Below, in pieces: positions 27,306 to 41,470 of a DNA stretch of 64,000 nucleotides. Source of the DNA: Bigelowiella natans CCMP2755 (taxonomy: Eukaryota > Protista > Cercozoa); assembly GCA_000320545.1 (NCBI GenBank), contig ADNK01000503.1, forward strand, positions 1-64,000, written 5' to 3'. Below the pieces are notes generated by a model. The model saw nothing but the letters and a program-made list of their open reading frames with translations, ran no database searches and was not told the origin of the DNA. The position numbers were made by a program, and so were the translations under genes. Each line of letters opens with the position of its first letter. Position 1 is the first letter of the stretch.

Positions 27306-29418
27306 TCATTGTGCATAGCAGCTTCCAGGTTCCTGAGGCCCCTCTCTAGCAACATCGTTTGTGACAGGTGCTGCTGGAATTCCACGAGCGTTGAGGAGGC
27401 AGCGGAATGCTGTGATTCTTGGCTGCGCTGCATCGGTGTTGTTCACAGTGCGGGGGCTCCAAAGTCGCTCAGAGATCGCTGCGAGGCGAGGCCAGATTGT
27501 TTGAAGGACATCAGATGCGTCCGCAGTCTCCCCCCACATCTCGCCGCCACCGCCGATGACATACTTGGCTGAAAATATGAAAAATAATTGCATTACTTTG
27601 CTGACGGCAACGACGATGATGATAAGCACCCTGGCGGTGATCATGGGGAGAGCCATAAGAGCATCATCAGCGACAAATGAAGGCAGGAACAAAACACAGG
27701 AGAGAGACAGATAGAGATCAATTTGCTTTTCTACTACTGCGACCAAATTTTGTACACAAATACTACTGCTACTGCTAATAGTACCGCATTTGTCTGCGTC
27801 GATCCCATCGCAAGGTTCCTGCTGATACATGGTTTCCCATGTGACTTTGAGGCCATCCAGGTACCACACCCCATCTGTGCTCCAGATAACCCGGTATCCC
27901 TGCTCCACTGCTTCTTTTGCGGCCTTGGAGCCGGGTAGCCATTGCTGGATGATGGTCGATTTACCAAGCTTCGTACCGAAATGATTCCAAATCTCCTCCC
28001 ACCCAATCACGTCACGGCCTTGAGAATGTGCGATCTCTTGGGCCTGCGCCACGAGGTACAAGTATGCATCATCCGTGGTCATGTTCTTTGCCTTGAGCCA
28101 GTTCGCAACCGATGGTGTCTTAGTCCAGCAGTCGGTGTTAACCTCGTCGCCTCCCAAGTGCATCATGTTGTCAAAGAAGAGCCCCTTTCCACGCACTCCT
28201 CCGGTTAGATCGTTAAACAGTCCAGAGAGAACAGCAAGGGTCTCATTGCTGGCAGGGTTCAACGGCTGGATAGACAATTTTACATATGTAACGTTAAATA
28301 TGGCAGCCTTTGAATTGCGGAACAATCTAAGATAATTTCAGTGTTTTTATGATTCTCCTTTTTAAGTACTACTAATCCTTCTCTCGTCCTCTTCTGCTTA
28401 TGACCTGGAGGCACGTCGCACTTGGGCAGATTTCAGGGTGCCCAGCACACATCGCTGCTGCGTGACCTGGAGTGTCGATCTCCACCACCGCTCTAATACC
28501 ACGGGCGCGGGCATATTCAATAACATCCTCTACGTCTTCGATAGAGTATCTCTCGCGGGAGGAATAAGCACCCATCTCGCTCAGACGTGGGTAGCTTGGG
28601 GAGTCGAAGGGAAAAGATTGGGAATCTGTGAGGTGCCAGTGCATCACATTGATCTTCGCATACGTCATTGAGTCGAGGATGCGGTATAGCTGGCTGACCG
28701 GCTCAAAATGACGCGCGGTGTCAATGAGGACTTCCCTGAGGGATGATATCAAAACGAATCAATGCTTACTGTGGGAAAAAATTGTACTGCTCTGGTTGCC
28801 TGTGCTGATAGAATTCATAAATTAAATTACATACCGATGCTTGAAACGGGGCTTGTCCACGATTTCCCAGGGAGCCCCTTGGACTTTGTAGTCTTTAGCG
28901 GAGTAGTCGAAGATAATAAGTTGTGACAGGGTCTGAAGAGCGTGCATCACACCCACCTGAGTCGCTGCAGTGATGTTAATTGCTTGATTTGGATCAGAAG
29001 GGACTGAGAGGGAGTAGCTCTCATCTGTCTCCAATTGAATCGGGGCGTTCGCATCTTTCGCTGTGATGACTACCTTGGCTGTTTCAATTAACATAAAAAT
29101 TATTAACAAATCGAACGAGGCATCAATATTTTGGTTTATACATTTTACATCTCAAAAAATACCAATTTTTTGGCCAACTAGGTTTGTTTTGGGGACTCGA
29201 TGCTGGAAGGTGATTTTCTTGAAGCGATCGAACGCTGCGGTAATGTCATTCGTCTCGAGGTCGAGGCCAATGCTGAGAAACGGTGAAACAGAAACAACCT
29301 CGCTACCATTTTGGTAGGAGAATGGGTGAGGCCACATTGGTGGCCCCTTCGTGGCTTCTTGGTGGATGGCATGGCTCGAGAGTGCTAGCAGCCCGACGGA
29401 AATGAGCAGGGGTCCCAT
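27306..29418 (-). CDS. Beta-N-acetylhexosaminidase (GH20), secreted/lysosomal
   Basis: Signal peptide MGPLLISVGLLALSSHA. Motifs MWPHP, TDESYSL, DKPRFKHR, LIDTARHF, NVMHWHLTDSQSFP, EIDTPGH, HLGGDEV (catalytic DE), GGGEMWGE, IWPRLAAISERLWS. Confidence 0.96.
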
Positions 29419-30642
29419 GATTCGCAGCGTGCCCAAGATCTAAATGGTTTTGGGTTATGGGTACACATGTTTCCGACTGTCTTTCCGAGCATTTGTGCAT
29501 ATTCCATGTCTTAAGATATATTTGGCATGTATTTTAACTCGCTTTTACGTTCGGAGCGTTATTAAACCGTCCATAAAATGTCGAATGCTTTGGGTTTGCT
29601 ATTTTCCATTGTCAGTGTCCAACTAAATCAGTCGTTTTACAATTATTACCTTCATTTAACTTTAAATAGATTATTTTTACTTTCTTCAAAAATAACATTA
29701 AAGACCTTGGTTCCACTACATTTTTGGTACACATGGGTCGCATCTTGAAAAGGGCGCAGCCCTTTCTCGGCTCGTAATCATCAAAAATTGGCGGGGAATT
29801 GCTGTTCTTGTTGGGCATTTTCAGCGGCAAAACCAGTCACAAGAACTATTCGCATTAAATCTCCTGAGTATCAACCATTGACGATTTACTTCCGGGGACT
29901 CTTCACGCAACCTGTGATTCTAACTTTTATTAGGTAATATCACCTTGTTCTATTCTGTTCACGAAGCTGCACACTATTTGTTGCGTGTTGTTGGCGCCAA
30001 CCATCATCCTCATCAATCATCAAATCGCACTGGAAATCGGGACAAATAATTGAATATATGCAAATACAACGACGTCCAGATGTGTCGTCGTCGGTCTGTC
30101 TGTCTGTCTGTCAATCGTTCGTCGCATGGTAATAATAAATAATAAGAAGCAATTACAAAGGAGAAGCGGGCAGCGCCGCTATTAGGCCGTCTGTCTGCTG
30201 TCTCACATCAATTCGTGATACAGCCTCTCCGCTACTTCTCAACAACTCACCGCACTGGACCTTGCCCTCCCGCCTTCCTTTGCAGAGATCAACCCATCGA
30301 AGCAGACCAACCCCGTGTGGACAGGGCACAACCTCGGCCCGCCCCATATTGTTCCCGCCCTCTGGCCTCCAGCTGCGGGTATTGGCCAGCGTAGACTTCA
30401 TTCCATCCCTTAGACAAGGTGGGGAGAACATGCGCAGTTAGTCTTCAGAGAGTTCTGATATTGACGAAGCGATATAGCTTCCCGCGATCTTATCTACTCT
30501 TAACTAGAGCGTTGCAAATGCTTAACCTTGGACGAAGTAGAATCTATGGCGGGAAGAAACAGGGAGGGGGGCCGGGAAGATTATTCTTCCTTCTTTGAAA
30601 AACAGGAAATAAAACTTACAGGTTCTAATAACGGTTGCTGAT

Positions 30643-33600
30643 ATGAACACCCACGACGGCGAAGACGTAGATGCGGAGGACTTTCAAAAGGAGGCACCCA
30701 AAAGTAGCCCTGTTTCTGCTGCAGAAATGGAAGTAGAGGGTACTTTACATTCTTAAACCTTGTTTCTTGGTCTATCCATCTAACGATAGAACCAGCCAAG
30801 CGTGTCCAAAGCAGCATATTTTCATTTTCAACGTGTTCCTACATTTTTCAGCGGAGAATCGTCCAGTAGAAATGAGCAACAGTGACACCGAGTCGGATCA
30901 ACAAGAGGAGGATACCAATCTTCCACCTCGAGGCAGATTTCCAAAGCTATCCTTTCAGGACCTTGAGATCCATTTCAAGAAGAGCAGATCAAAAAGACGG
31001 CACAAAGGGTAACGCTCACTTCTTTCCCCAGTTTTTGTGTGTTCTCCCTCCCTTCATAGCCGGTTCTCACTTGCGCACAACTACGAATAGGGTTGCTACC
31101 CACACAAAGGAGCTTAGAAGGACGCGGAAGTCTAATAAGCGATTCAGAGAGCTGCCAGAGAGAAGTTATCCAAAGGTTGTCCTTGATGGTTTGCACGTCG
31201 TTGGCATATCACACATACGAAATAACGAGATACAGTCTATTGTTGACGTCGGACTTCCTATAATCAATTCTTCCTATGAAAAGGCTCCATTAAAGCTTTC
31301 GAAAGTTTCCACCGGAGAGGCTTTTTCTGAGTGGATCTCCTGGGCGAAGAAAGTAGTTCTTTTTTTTTCTTTGCATGAGGGAAGAGAATGAACGATCAAT
31401 ATGTGACGAAATCAAGAACACCTTCAACAGAATAAGCCATTGTACAAACCTATCCTGTTTCCAATTGTTTCCAATTGGTAATCAAGTGCGAAAAATCAAT
31501 TAAAAGCTGGTCAATTTGCACTTGTTCCACCTCTCCTTCCAGGTGTTTAAGCGGCAAAAATTGGAAAGGACTAAGCGGTTGGGCCCTCGAGACCTTGGCT
31601 ACCATGATGTAAGTTTTTTGATGCGGTTGTTATTGTAGTCCATGTCTATTACTCATGCGGCAAAATTTCATATTGGAAAAACAATAGTGTTTGTGAGCAT
31701 TTACTTCGATTAATCTTGGAAAGAACTACACACCATCTATCATCCATGGCCAGAATGTTCCTTTTCATAACCTTCTTTTCTCTTTATGCTTGTATTCTCT
31801 TGCGTTTATCTTTGCTTTCCAAAATGTGTTTAAACAACCGAACAGAATATGTCAGAGAAGCCATCCACACCGCCGGTTTGTCCATTTTCGCACTATTTAT
31901 CTAGGATTCTTCTATGACAGCCTCCCTCATCACTTCGTCTCTTTTTCTCTTATGCTGTTTTTAAGTGTGAGTGCATCTGTTTTGCCCATTACTACTCTTG
32001 TTCGTTTAATAGCCCTATATGCATGTCGTCATTAATTAATGATTTTCATGGTAAGGGCGGTAAGAAGATGAACAGGCCAAAGTCAGAGCTTGATTTCACC
32101 CCGGTAGTAGTACCTTGAGATGCGAATCTATTTCTGTGTGTGAGCGATTTGAATAAGTCTTACATTCTTTCATTACCCTACTGCTCTCATGCAGAAGCTA
32201 CCAGATCCTATAGATGACCGTAAATTGCCAGATTGGGAAAAAGCAAAACCGCCAAAGCTCAATCGTGGGGTGCGATGATAATGAAAATGATGATTATGAT
32301 GATAGTTTTGGTAACAAGACGCCTAATATAAAGCCTGCTGTCACCTCTCCTCCAGAGCTAGCTAATGTTGCTCTTTCCTCTTTAACTACTTGTCTTTTCT
32401 TCCTTTCTCTTGCTGCTGTTGTACTCAACGGAATATGAATAACGTCGTGATCATCAGGTTCTCGATTTACCCCAAGACTCAATCTATGCCGTGCTTAATA
32501 CATGGGGTTTCATCAGAGCGTTCCGTTATCCGCTGGTATGTAACTGCGATATAGTTTTCCTCCCTTATATATCGAGAGAAGTTGTCTAAAAGCATTGCTG
32601 ATTGGTTTTGAAATTGCTGGATCAAATATTCTCTTATTGACTGACACTGGTGCGTCCACAATCAATAAGGGCATCAACGAGGTCATTGGCGAAGGAGTTG
32701 ACATGAAACTTGAGGATTTCGTCCGGTGCTTTTCCAACACTGAGGATGATTTGTCCCTTGTTGGTACTATCTTCTCATCGATCGCGGTAGGTCTATGTGC
32801 TATTTTTGGTGAGGCAGCGCAGTGTGTTGATACGTTTTTGTGTTTATTTGCTTGTGTTTGTGTGTGTGTGTGTCTGTGTGTGTTTATGTAGGCTCTCTCC
32901 TTGGACGCAGGAACGTTGGACCCCAAGAAAGGCATCCATCCATCCATCTATCCATCCATCCAATATTCTGTTTTCTTTCTCCTGTTCGCTTAGTTTTTGA
33001 TTCTTTCTTCATGTCTCATTGTCGGTTGATCGTTAGACCAAGAGACCCTCACCATCCTACTCCCCCTCCCCCTCCTGCTTCTGCTCCTCCTCCTCCTCCT
33101 CCCCTTTCCTACCTCTCTTTCCACAATAACATCTTCAATTGCTACCTCGCAGATGTGCTGCTGGATGACGGTAAACGTTCGTGGATGGCAGTAAATATGC
33201 TCACCTGGCAATGGCACGTCAGCAACTATCTCGAGGTGTCACTAGCAATCGCCTATATATCTCCTCACATTCTTCTATATAACATGCTGAGATATTTATG
33301 TGACTTAAGAATCTGGAGGAAAAACGTATCACTGCGATGGCTGGCGACGAAGGTCACTACTCGTTAATTATGACGCATCGTTTGTTCAAAATGCGTGTGA
33401 GTAGTACGGTCGTTTACTCGTAGTACCAATTTTCGCAGAAGACGATGGCGGCAAAGATGATTTGAAAAATGGAATCATGTCAAATTCAACGCCCAGGGAG
33501 CTCCAATACTACTCAAAGGAAAGGGTGAGTTGGCTCGTTCCTCCTCCTCCTCCTTACCGCTTGCTTGTTGTCTCTTCTTCTTCTTCTACGTTGACAACAA

Positions 33601-35871
33601 CAATCTTACTCATCATCGTCACCTTAGGATGCTCTAAGCAACGACATGGCATATACGCTACCGTTTCAGTCCAAAATCCGGCTGCTCGCTCTACTCATCG
33701 ACAAGGTGAAAAGATGAGGAGTATGCACATTTTAGTGGCAGCAGCAGCAGTAGTAGTAGCAGTAGTAGAAGAAGTAGTAGTAGCAGTAATAGTAGAAGAA
33801 GTAGTAGCAGTAAGTAGGTATGTAAACTTGATGATCGTTTGATGAATTTCATCGTCTATTACGAGGAATCAATAATAAATGAGGACAACGACTTCTAACC
33901 ATTAACATGCACTACTACCATTTCCCCCATTCATTTATTCATTTATGCACCCACCCGCAAAAGGCTAGCTGCTCGTGCTCATCCATCATTATCATCATCT
34001 TTGTAGGCCCTCTGTAGCAGCAAGACTCTCCACAAACACTTAGACGAAGGTAACGTTGTTGTTGTTGTTGTTGTTGCGTGCAGTGATGCGAGAGAGACAG
34101 AGAAAAAGAAGAATACGCATTATCGTCTCGAGAGAGCAGAGAAGGAGGCCCGAGGAAGAAAGCCTAAGAAAGGAGAGAATAATGATGCAGAAATCTCTCC
34201 TTACAGTCTAAAGTGCTTAATTTTGCTCTCTCTCCCTCTCTCTCCCTCTCTCTCCCCCCCTCTCTCTATCCCCTCCCCACCCCCCTCTCTCTTTCTTTCT
34301 CTGTTTGTGGGTGGTGTGTGTGGTTAATCAGGAATTTCGCTGATGAGAGAATGCAGTATACGACACAGGAAGCAAAAAGTATGATATTAATACTAACATC
34401 AACATGTATGCTTGTGACAAAATCAAGATTTACATTACATGAATAAAAATACGAAGCAACGATGTACGATCCCAGCACTCTAAACACCATCCATAATCAT
34501 TGACATCATCATCATCATCATCATCATCATCGTCGTCGTCGTCGTCAACACCGACCCTAACTACTACTACTACCTACTACTACTATTCCCACGCAGACAT
34601 TGAAGAAGCAGAAGAACCAGAAGTCGGTCAGTGCTGAGTGTGCAAGCGTGTACGCTGACATCGTCGCGCAAGTAGTACGGAGCCAGGCCTCCTCCTCAAA
34701 GAAGAAGAAGGAAACCAAGGAGCAGCTTGCAACCGCTAAGGCCGAACTCGTAAGGAAGGCAGAGAAGTACATTGACGACCTTGAGATGTAAGTATTGTGT
34801 TAGTGTCTGTGGTTCTGTGGTAGGGAGAAGACGAACATGGCGATGATGATGAGGAGGAGGAAGAGGAAGGGGAGGAGAATGATGTGTATAATAGCGAGCT
34901 AAACCCATGAGGGAGAGACATCAGAGATGACAACAAAGTACTTAGATTTATACTCGTAGGGAGAAAGAAGGCAAGCGGCAGAAGGAAGTAGCAGCATTGA
35001 TGGCCAAGTACCCACTGCGTGCAACGACATTGATGGGAAAAGACCGTTGGTTGAGGAGGTATTACGTGTTTGGAAATCATGCTTCTAAGGAGGCCAGTGC
35101 GATCTACGTATTTGATCCAGCAGCTGAAACAACCACAACTACAACGACGACGACGACGAACCAGTGCTGGGGTGCTTACGAAACCAAGGAACAATTTGAC
35201 CGACTCCTCAAGTACTCTGCTGATAATGATGATGATGATGATGATGATGATGATCGATTTGAGGAGCAAGAACTATATTATTACCAAAGATAGATAGATA
35301 GTAGTGCTAGAATATATCTTTAGAAGAGAAGGAGAATGACGACAAGAACGAATATCAAACGCCTTCTTCCCATATGATGTTCTTCGTACGCACGCGCGAC
35401 GGTTCTTTGTCGTTAAGATGAATGATAATGATGTTATTATTGCAGATTTTTATCGCCATGTGGAATGCGCGAATCTCACTTACTTAAGGGTCTTAAGGAG
35501 CACAACTGGAAATGGCCGCCAAAAGCACAGAAGAAGGCCAAAAGCCAGTTGGATTCAAAGAGCAAGGTTCGGCAATCGATAAGGAGACTATGTTTAGAAG
35601 AACAATAGAGGCAGGAGGAGGAGGAAGAGGGGTTGGAGGTAGGGTGAGGAGGTAGGGGGAGGAGAGATTCACCTACAGTGATCTAATTCGCAGCAGGAGA
35701 GAAAGTCGCTCTTTAGATATCCTTAATCAAATTTCCATCCTGAAATCCCCCCCCCCCTATGTAGAGTTCTCCAGTAACACCTGCTCGCCAGAAGGCTCGA
35801 AAGAGGACGGGTACTAGTAGCTACTAGCACTAACAGACGCATTTAACAAGATTTCTCTACACTAATGTGAT

Positions 35872-35910
<39 letters not shown>

Positions 35911-36578
35911 AGAAATCACACTGCCCTTCCTTGGTTTCCTGCCTGTGGATCATTTCTGATCCATCTTTTCTTCGTTCTTCCGTCCCCTCCCCCTCCTTAG
36001 GTAAGACTCCAGGACGATATAAGGTCGCAGGGGATGTCGAGGAATCGACCACAACCACCACTACCAACAGCAACAACCCAGGGAAGATCAAGAGCCCTGC
36101 TACTACTGCAAAGAAAGAAGAAGAAGAAGATACGGATACGGCAACAACGACAACAGCAAAGCCTGCAGTCGATGGGAAATCAGCCTTTTCTTCACCATCT
36201 TCATTAGCCAAGATCAACTCCCCTCCTATTACTTCAATGCGGGCAGCAGCCGCTGCCGCAACCGCTAAATTACAAAATGGAACAAAGGTAATTTATACAT
36301 GTATGTAGAGGGAGACGATGTTTATAAAACCACCACCACCACCACCTCTGGAAACCACCTGGTTGGATGTTAATCTATGAAACACTGGGCAAATACCAGA
36401 GGGAGATTCGTTTCAGAGTTAGAGAGAGAGAGTTTGGGGGAAGAAAGAAGGACAGAAAATGAGGGAGCACTGAGGTGTACGTATCGCATTATCACATGCT
36501 ACCGCTGGAAACCACCTGGTTGGATTTTGTTGATGAAACATCGGGCAAATACCAGCGGGAGATTCTTCCTATCATTTC

Positions 36579-36621
<43 letters not shown>

Positions 36622-37803
36622 GATTGAGAACGAGAGAGGAGAGAAAGAGAGAGGGGGGGGGGGTAGCCGTGGGGCGAAGAATAGTTTGGGAGATTGAACC
36701 GTTGTATTCATTCATTCATTCATTCACCGCTGGAAACCACCTGGTTGGACGAAATCGTTTTTACGTGAAATATCGGGCAAATACCAGCGGGAGATTTTAT
36801 CCATCAGCGCTCTTGATTGCCTGCCTGCCAACCTGCCGAACAAAAGAAGATATCATTATCATCATCATTATCATCATCCCACCAGCAAGATCATCGTTAT
36901 GACGTAGATGTGCATGTATATGATGCCTTCAGGCGATGGAAGACGACTACGACGATTCGGAAGTAAGTAGGGATGATGGCGAAGATGATGTTGATGTGTG
37001 ACAAGAAGTAGAGGCCGTATATACCATCCATCATCAGAAAGCTATATCACATATCATAATCATGCTGATACGTCCTTTCTACAATCTACCACCGTCAGGA
37101 TGAGATTGATAGCCCATACATAACGAAGAAACTAACACGAAATATGGTAATAATAACTAACTGCGTACGTACACAACAATGACATCCTGCTGCTGCTGCT
37201 GCTGCTGCAGCAATGGTCCGAGATCACTCTCTTGTGCATCTTACTAGTGTTAGTGTATTGTATAGCCGCTTTGTTCTTCCTGTCATCGTTGTGTTGATAG
37301 CCTTGCAAATCTAATTGTTGTTGTTGTTGCTGTTCTAAAAATAATGTTTAGAAACGTGAGGAGTTATCGTCGAACTTCAAGCCTCCTGACATCAATGCAC
37401 CGCTACAATCCGACCCTAAGTCAGTCATTCTCATAAAACAAACCTTCTACTTCTTAATTATTTAATATGAGCATCACGACTGAGCACTACTATCACTAAT
37501 GATTGCTGTTATCATCATCATCATCATCGTTATGGCTATCTATACTATCAGGGAGAAGGAGTACTTTGCAAAGATGATCCAAGCCAAAAAAGGACTCATC
37601 GCATCGCAACTGTTGTTCAGGTAACAATGAAGGAATGGTTGTAATAATCAAGGAATGTATTGTACTGTAGATCCACACTACTGCTGCTATGCTATTATTA
37701 AGATGATTGACTGTGCTATCCACTCACCACCTATCTTTTTCCTCACTGTACTGAATCATCATCCTCATCGTCATCCTCATCGTCACCACCACCAGTATCA
37801 TCG

Positions 37804-37837
<34 letters not shown>

Positions 37838-38752
37838 CTTCCTCCTCCTCGCCCTTACTATGATGGTTATCTTTCTCATCGTAGGCTTGATGGATGTTAT
37901 CTCCCTGTTTGCTATGTTTGCCAAGAGGTAGTAGTAGCAGCAGCAGCAGCAGCAGTAGTAGTAGGAGTAGTAGTAATACCGTTATTGATTATGATGGGGG
38001 TGATTCTTACTTAATATCTTTTATAATACACCCCCAGTAGTCATGTCGTGAATGGTTTTGGTAGTGTAATCAGACGAAGTATTGTTTGTGAACATAATAT
38101 GCCAATCACCGCACCATCCTCTCCCTCCTCCCCATCATCATCATTATCTGATTTATCATCCGTTTAATTGTTCACTCTTCGTTGCAGACATTGGGAGAAG
38201 ACGAATGGCATTGCCCCTACTCGCACAGGACTTTCAAGAAGTCCGAGGTAATAATAATGATATAACAAAATAAATAATAATAATATTATAATAATGATAA
38301 CGAATAACAACTAATAATGATCGGTCTGGTAGTAGCTAGTAGCAGCTAGCTTCAGGTCATCACCCTTTCACTTTGCTGCGAGACGATGAGCAACAACCTC
38401 CTCATATAACTGATACGCCATCATCATATAGCTGCTTGTCACGATGATGATGATGATGATGGTAGTGGTGATGATCCTCCTCCTCCTACTCCTACTACTC
38501 CCAATACTACAGTACACGAAGGAAGAATTTGCTGTCCTACTGGATGAAGGCAAACGTGAATTTGAGAGTGGAGACATTATCGATTATAACAAGTAAGTAC
38601 GTTTGATGTTGTAATAACAATGTAGTAGTAGTAGTGGTAGTAGTAGGAGCAGCAGCAGAGGCAGTTGAGTTGGTCCTCCTGTAAGGAAATCTTCGAGGAT
38701 GCAACTGGTTCTATCGGTAGCAAAGAAGCAAAGGAGAAACGTCATCATCGTT

Positions 38753-38784
<32 letters not shown>

Positions 38785-38890
38785 TTATCATCATTGTTTA
38801 TGATCTTGTATTTCTCTCTCTCATCATAATTCAGGGTAAGTCATCCACTGAAGATCCTTAAAGCGCTACTGATGGATGTGGAGGTAGTAA

Positions 38891-38921
<31 letters not shown>

Positions 38922-39230
38922 CGTATATATTGTGAATGATGATGATGATGATGTTTTTTGGAGATATGATGGTGCTGCTGCTTTAGAATTTGGCAGTAGC
39001 AGCAACTTCAGTAGTAGCAGTAGTAGTAGCAGTAGTAGTAGTATCACTCTTACAGCAATCCCTTCTTAATGCCGTTCTTGATTGTTTGCTCTATCTTCTC
39101 TCCCATCCATCAGGCGACGATTCCTGAGGAGTCGACAAGGGAGGCCAGCAAGCGGGACATTAACAAGAAGAGGGAGAAATGGATCGACCGCGTAATAACA
39201 ACTCTTACTAAATGCTGCCCTGCTCCTGCT

Positions 39231-39272
<42 letters not shown>

Positions 39273-39312
39273 GGAGTATATGTTGAATATTCTGCTCAGT
39301 TTTTCAGCACTA

Positions 39313-39346
<34 letters not shown>

Positions 39347-39619
39347 GATGCCTCTCCTCCTTTTCCTCTCCCGCCTCCTCCTCGTCGTGTTCTTCGTTCT
39401 TATCCTCCTCCTCCTCCCCCCCCTCCCTCCCTCCCCAGGTAAAATACGCGTTAGACTTCACGGATCTAGCAACTGGTGGGTCGGTCCTTTGGCCATTAAT
39501 AATAATCATAACATCAATTAAATAACGAGCTTGGTTGATGCCTGTGTTTCCTGATGACATGGAGGAGGAGGAGGAGGAGGAGGAGTGTCTAATGAATTAA
39601 TAATGATGTGGTCATGCTT

Positions 39620-39651
<32 letters not shown>

Positions 39652-40385
39652 TCCTCGATGTTTGTTCTTCGTGTTCTTAGCTCTGATGCAGCTGCAAGGC
39701 AGCCTCAGGGATCGATGGCTACGTCCTTGGTTTAAGAGCGCTGAATGGAGGGTATTATCACGATTGATGATTGATGATACACAAAGAAGAACAATATGTT
39801 GATGCCGTAGTACCATCCCTGCCATTTCAAGGAGGATATGAGCATGATCGATCACTCAATCCTCATTAGCATGATCACCAATCATCATCGAAATCACCTT
39901 TGTTACTTAATGATGACGACGCACACAGGAAGCTGTGAAGAAGGTGTCAACAGAATCTGAACTCGCAGCTCTGCTCTACGCGTTCGATAGGTTAGAATAG
40001 TTGTAGTAATAATAATAATAATAATAAATAACAATAATGATATTGCAACCTGCTGCTAAATAATGACTTAACCAAAGCATACCCTGGTCTTCTCACTAAC
40101 TGACTTACTACTGACATTCATTCACCCATTCATTCTTGTTGTTTGTTGTTGTTGTTGCTGCTGCTGCTGCTGCTATGAAGGGCTATATTGTACACTCCCA
40201 AATTCAAAGATGTGTGTGAAGCTGAAAAAGATAAGGTGATGCTGCTGCTGCTGCTGCTGCTGCTGGTGGTGGTGGTGGTGATAATGTTGAACATCATCGA
40301 CTGACGTATGGTTGAGAACCAACATCAAAAGAGAGACATGTCATCCATGCAGCGTCTTATCACCGAATACGCGCTATCATCATCG

Positions 40386-40419
<34 letters not shown>

Positions 40420-40636
40420 TGTCATCAACACCACCAACAGCGACAACAACAACCATTACGATTCACTGATATGATAGGATGGCAAAGTGAAGACTTCGTG
40501 CGAGGAGTTCCCCACCCCCAACACATTCCCAAAGCATCAGATCGAGTTCAATATTAGCGCAGGATCAGATCATGGTGATAATACTACGATAATAGTGTGT
40601 TCTCATACATACATCATACACACTGATCATCGTATA

Positions 40637-40671
<35 letters not shown>

Positions 40672-41425
40672 CGACTCCTCGTTGTTACTCTTCTTCTTCT
40701 TCCTCCTCCTCCTCATTCTCCTCCTTTGCAAAGGTCCTGATTTCCGTGAGCTCTACGGCGACCCAAGGACCCGCATAAACCATATTCACTCCAAAGCAAC
40801 GGTAATAGTAACTAAGTAAGTAAGTAAGTTAGTAAGTAGTAACAAAAATGAAGAAGAAGAAGAAGAAGAAGAAGATGATGATGATGATGGGATGGGGCGC
40901 CAGCGGAATGATGCTACTAACAGCACTCTGCAGTCAATCCAATGTCAAACATCATATCCCAACTGATCGAGTGGGTGATTGAGGAGTGAAATAACGCTGT
41001 CTGGTGTTTCCTTCTTTAGATTATCTTCCGCAAGAACAAGCACGTTGTCATACTCGGAGGACGTGAGGCATCCCAAGACGATGAGGACGACGAACCAGCA
41101 GCATCAGCACCACCAGCCACCGACAGCGCCACTACTGGAGATAACAAGATGGATATAGATGAAAAGAAGGTATATTGTAAATGATATATAATAAGACAGT
41201 AGATTCATTATGACAACGACGAGTAATGTATGCGCATTTAGCACTCGTGTTACTTATATCATGCCATGAGTGATGGAATCATTATATGTTGCTATTATCC
41301 CCTTTCTTCCAGGCAAAAGTGGTAACTGCTGCCATGAGCGTCAAGACGCGCGACTTACTAAAACACTTCTTGGTACTACGAATACTACTACTGTTACGAT
41401 TGACGTATATCATCCACAAACACTC

Positions 41426-41470
<45 letters not shown>

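Noticed and set aside
36344-36797. The three repeats read as a CRISPR-like array or as hammerhead ribozymes
   Set aside because: They sit in a eukaryotic intron, spacing is irregular with microsatellite spacers, there are no cas genes, and the CUGANGA core is absent.
37496-40819. Many ORFs rich in poly-His/Met/Ser/Val
   Set aside because: These are translations of intronic (CAT)n, (GTA)n and (GCA)n microsatellites.
40905-40970. Possible C/D snoRNA (ATGATGC...CTGA) in an intron
   Set aside because: The C box is imperfect, there is no recognisable rRNA antisense element, and ATGATG is ubiquitous here.
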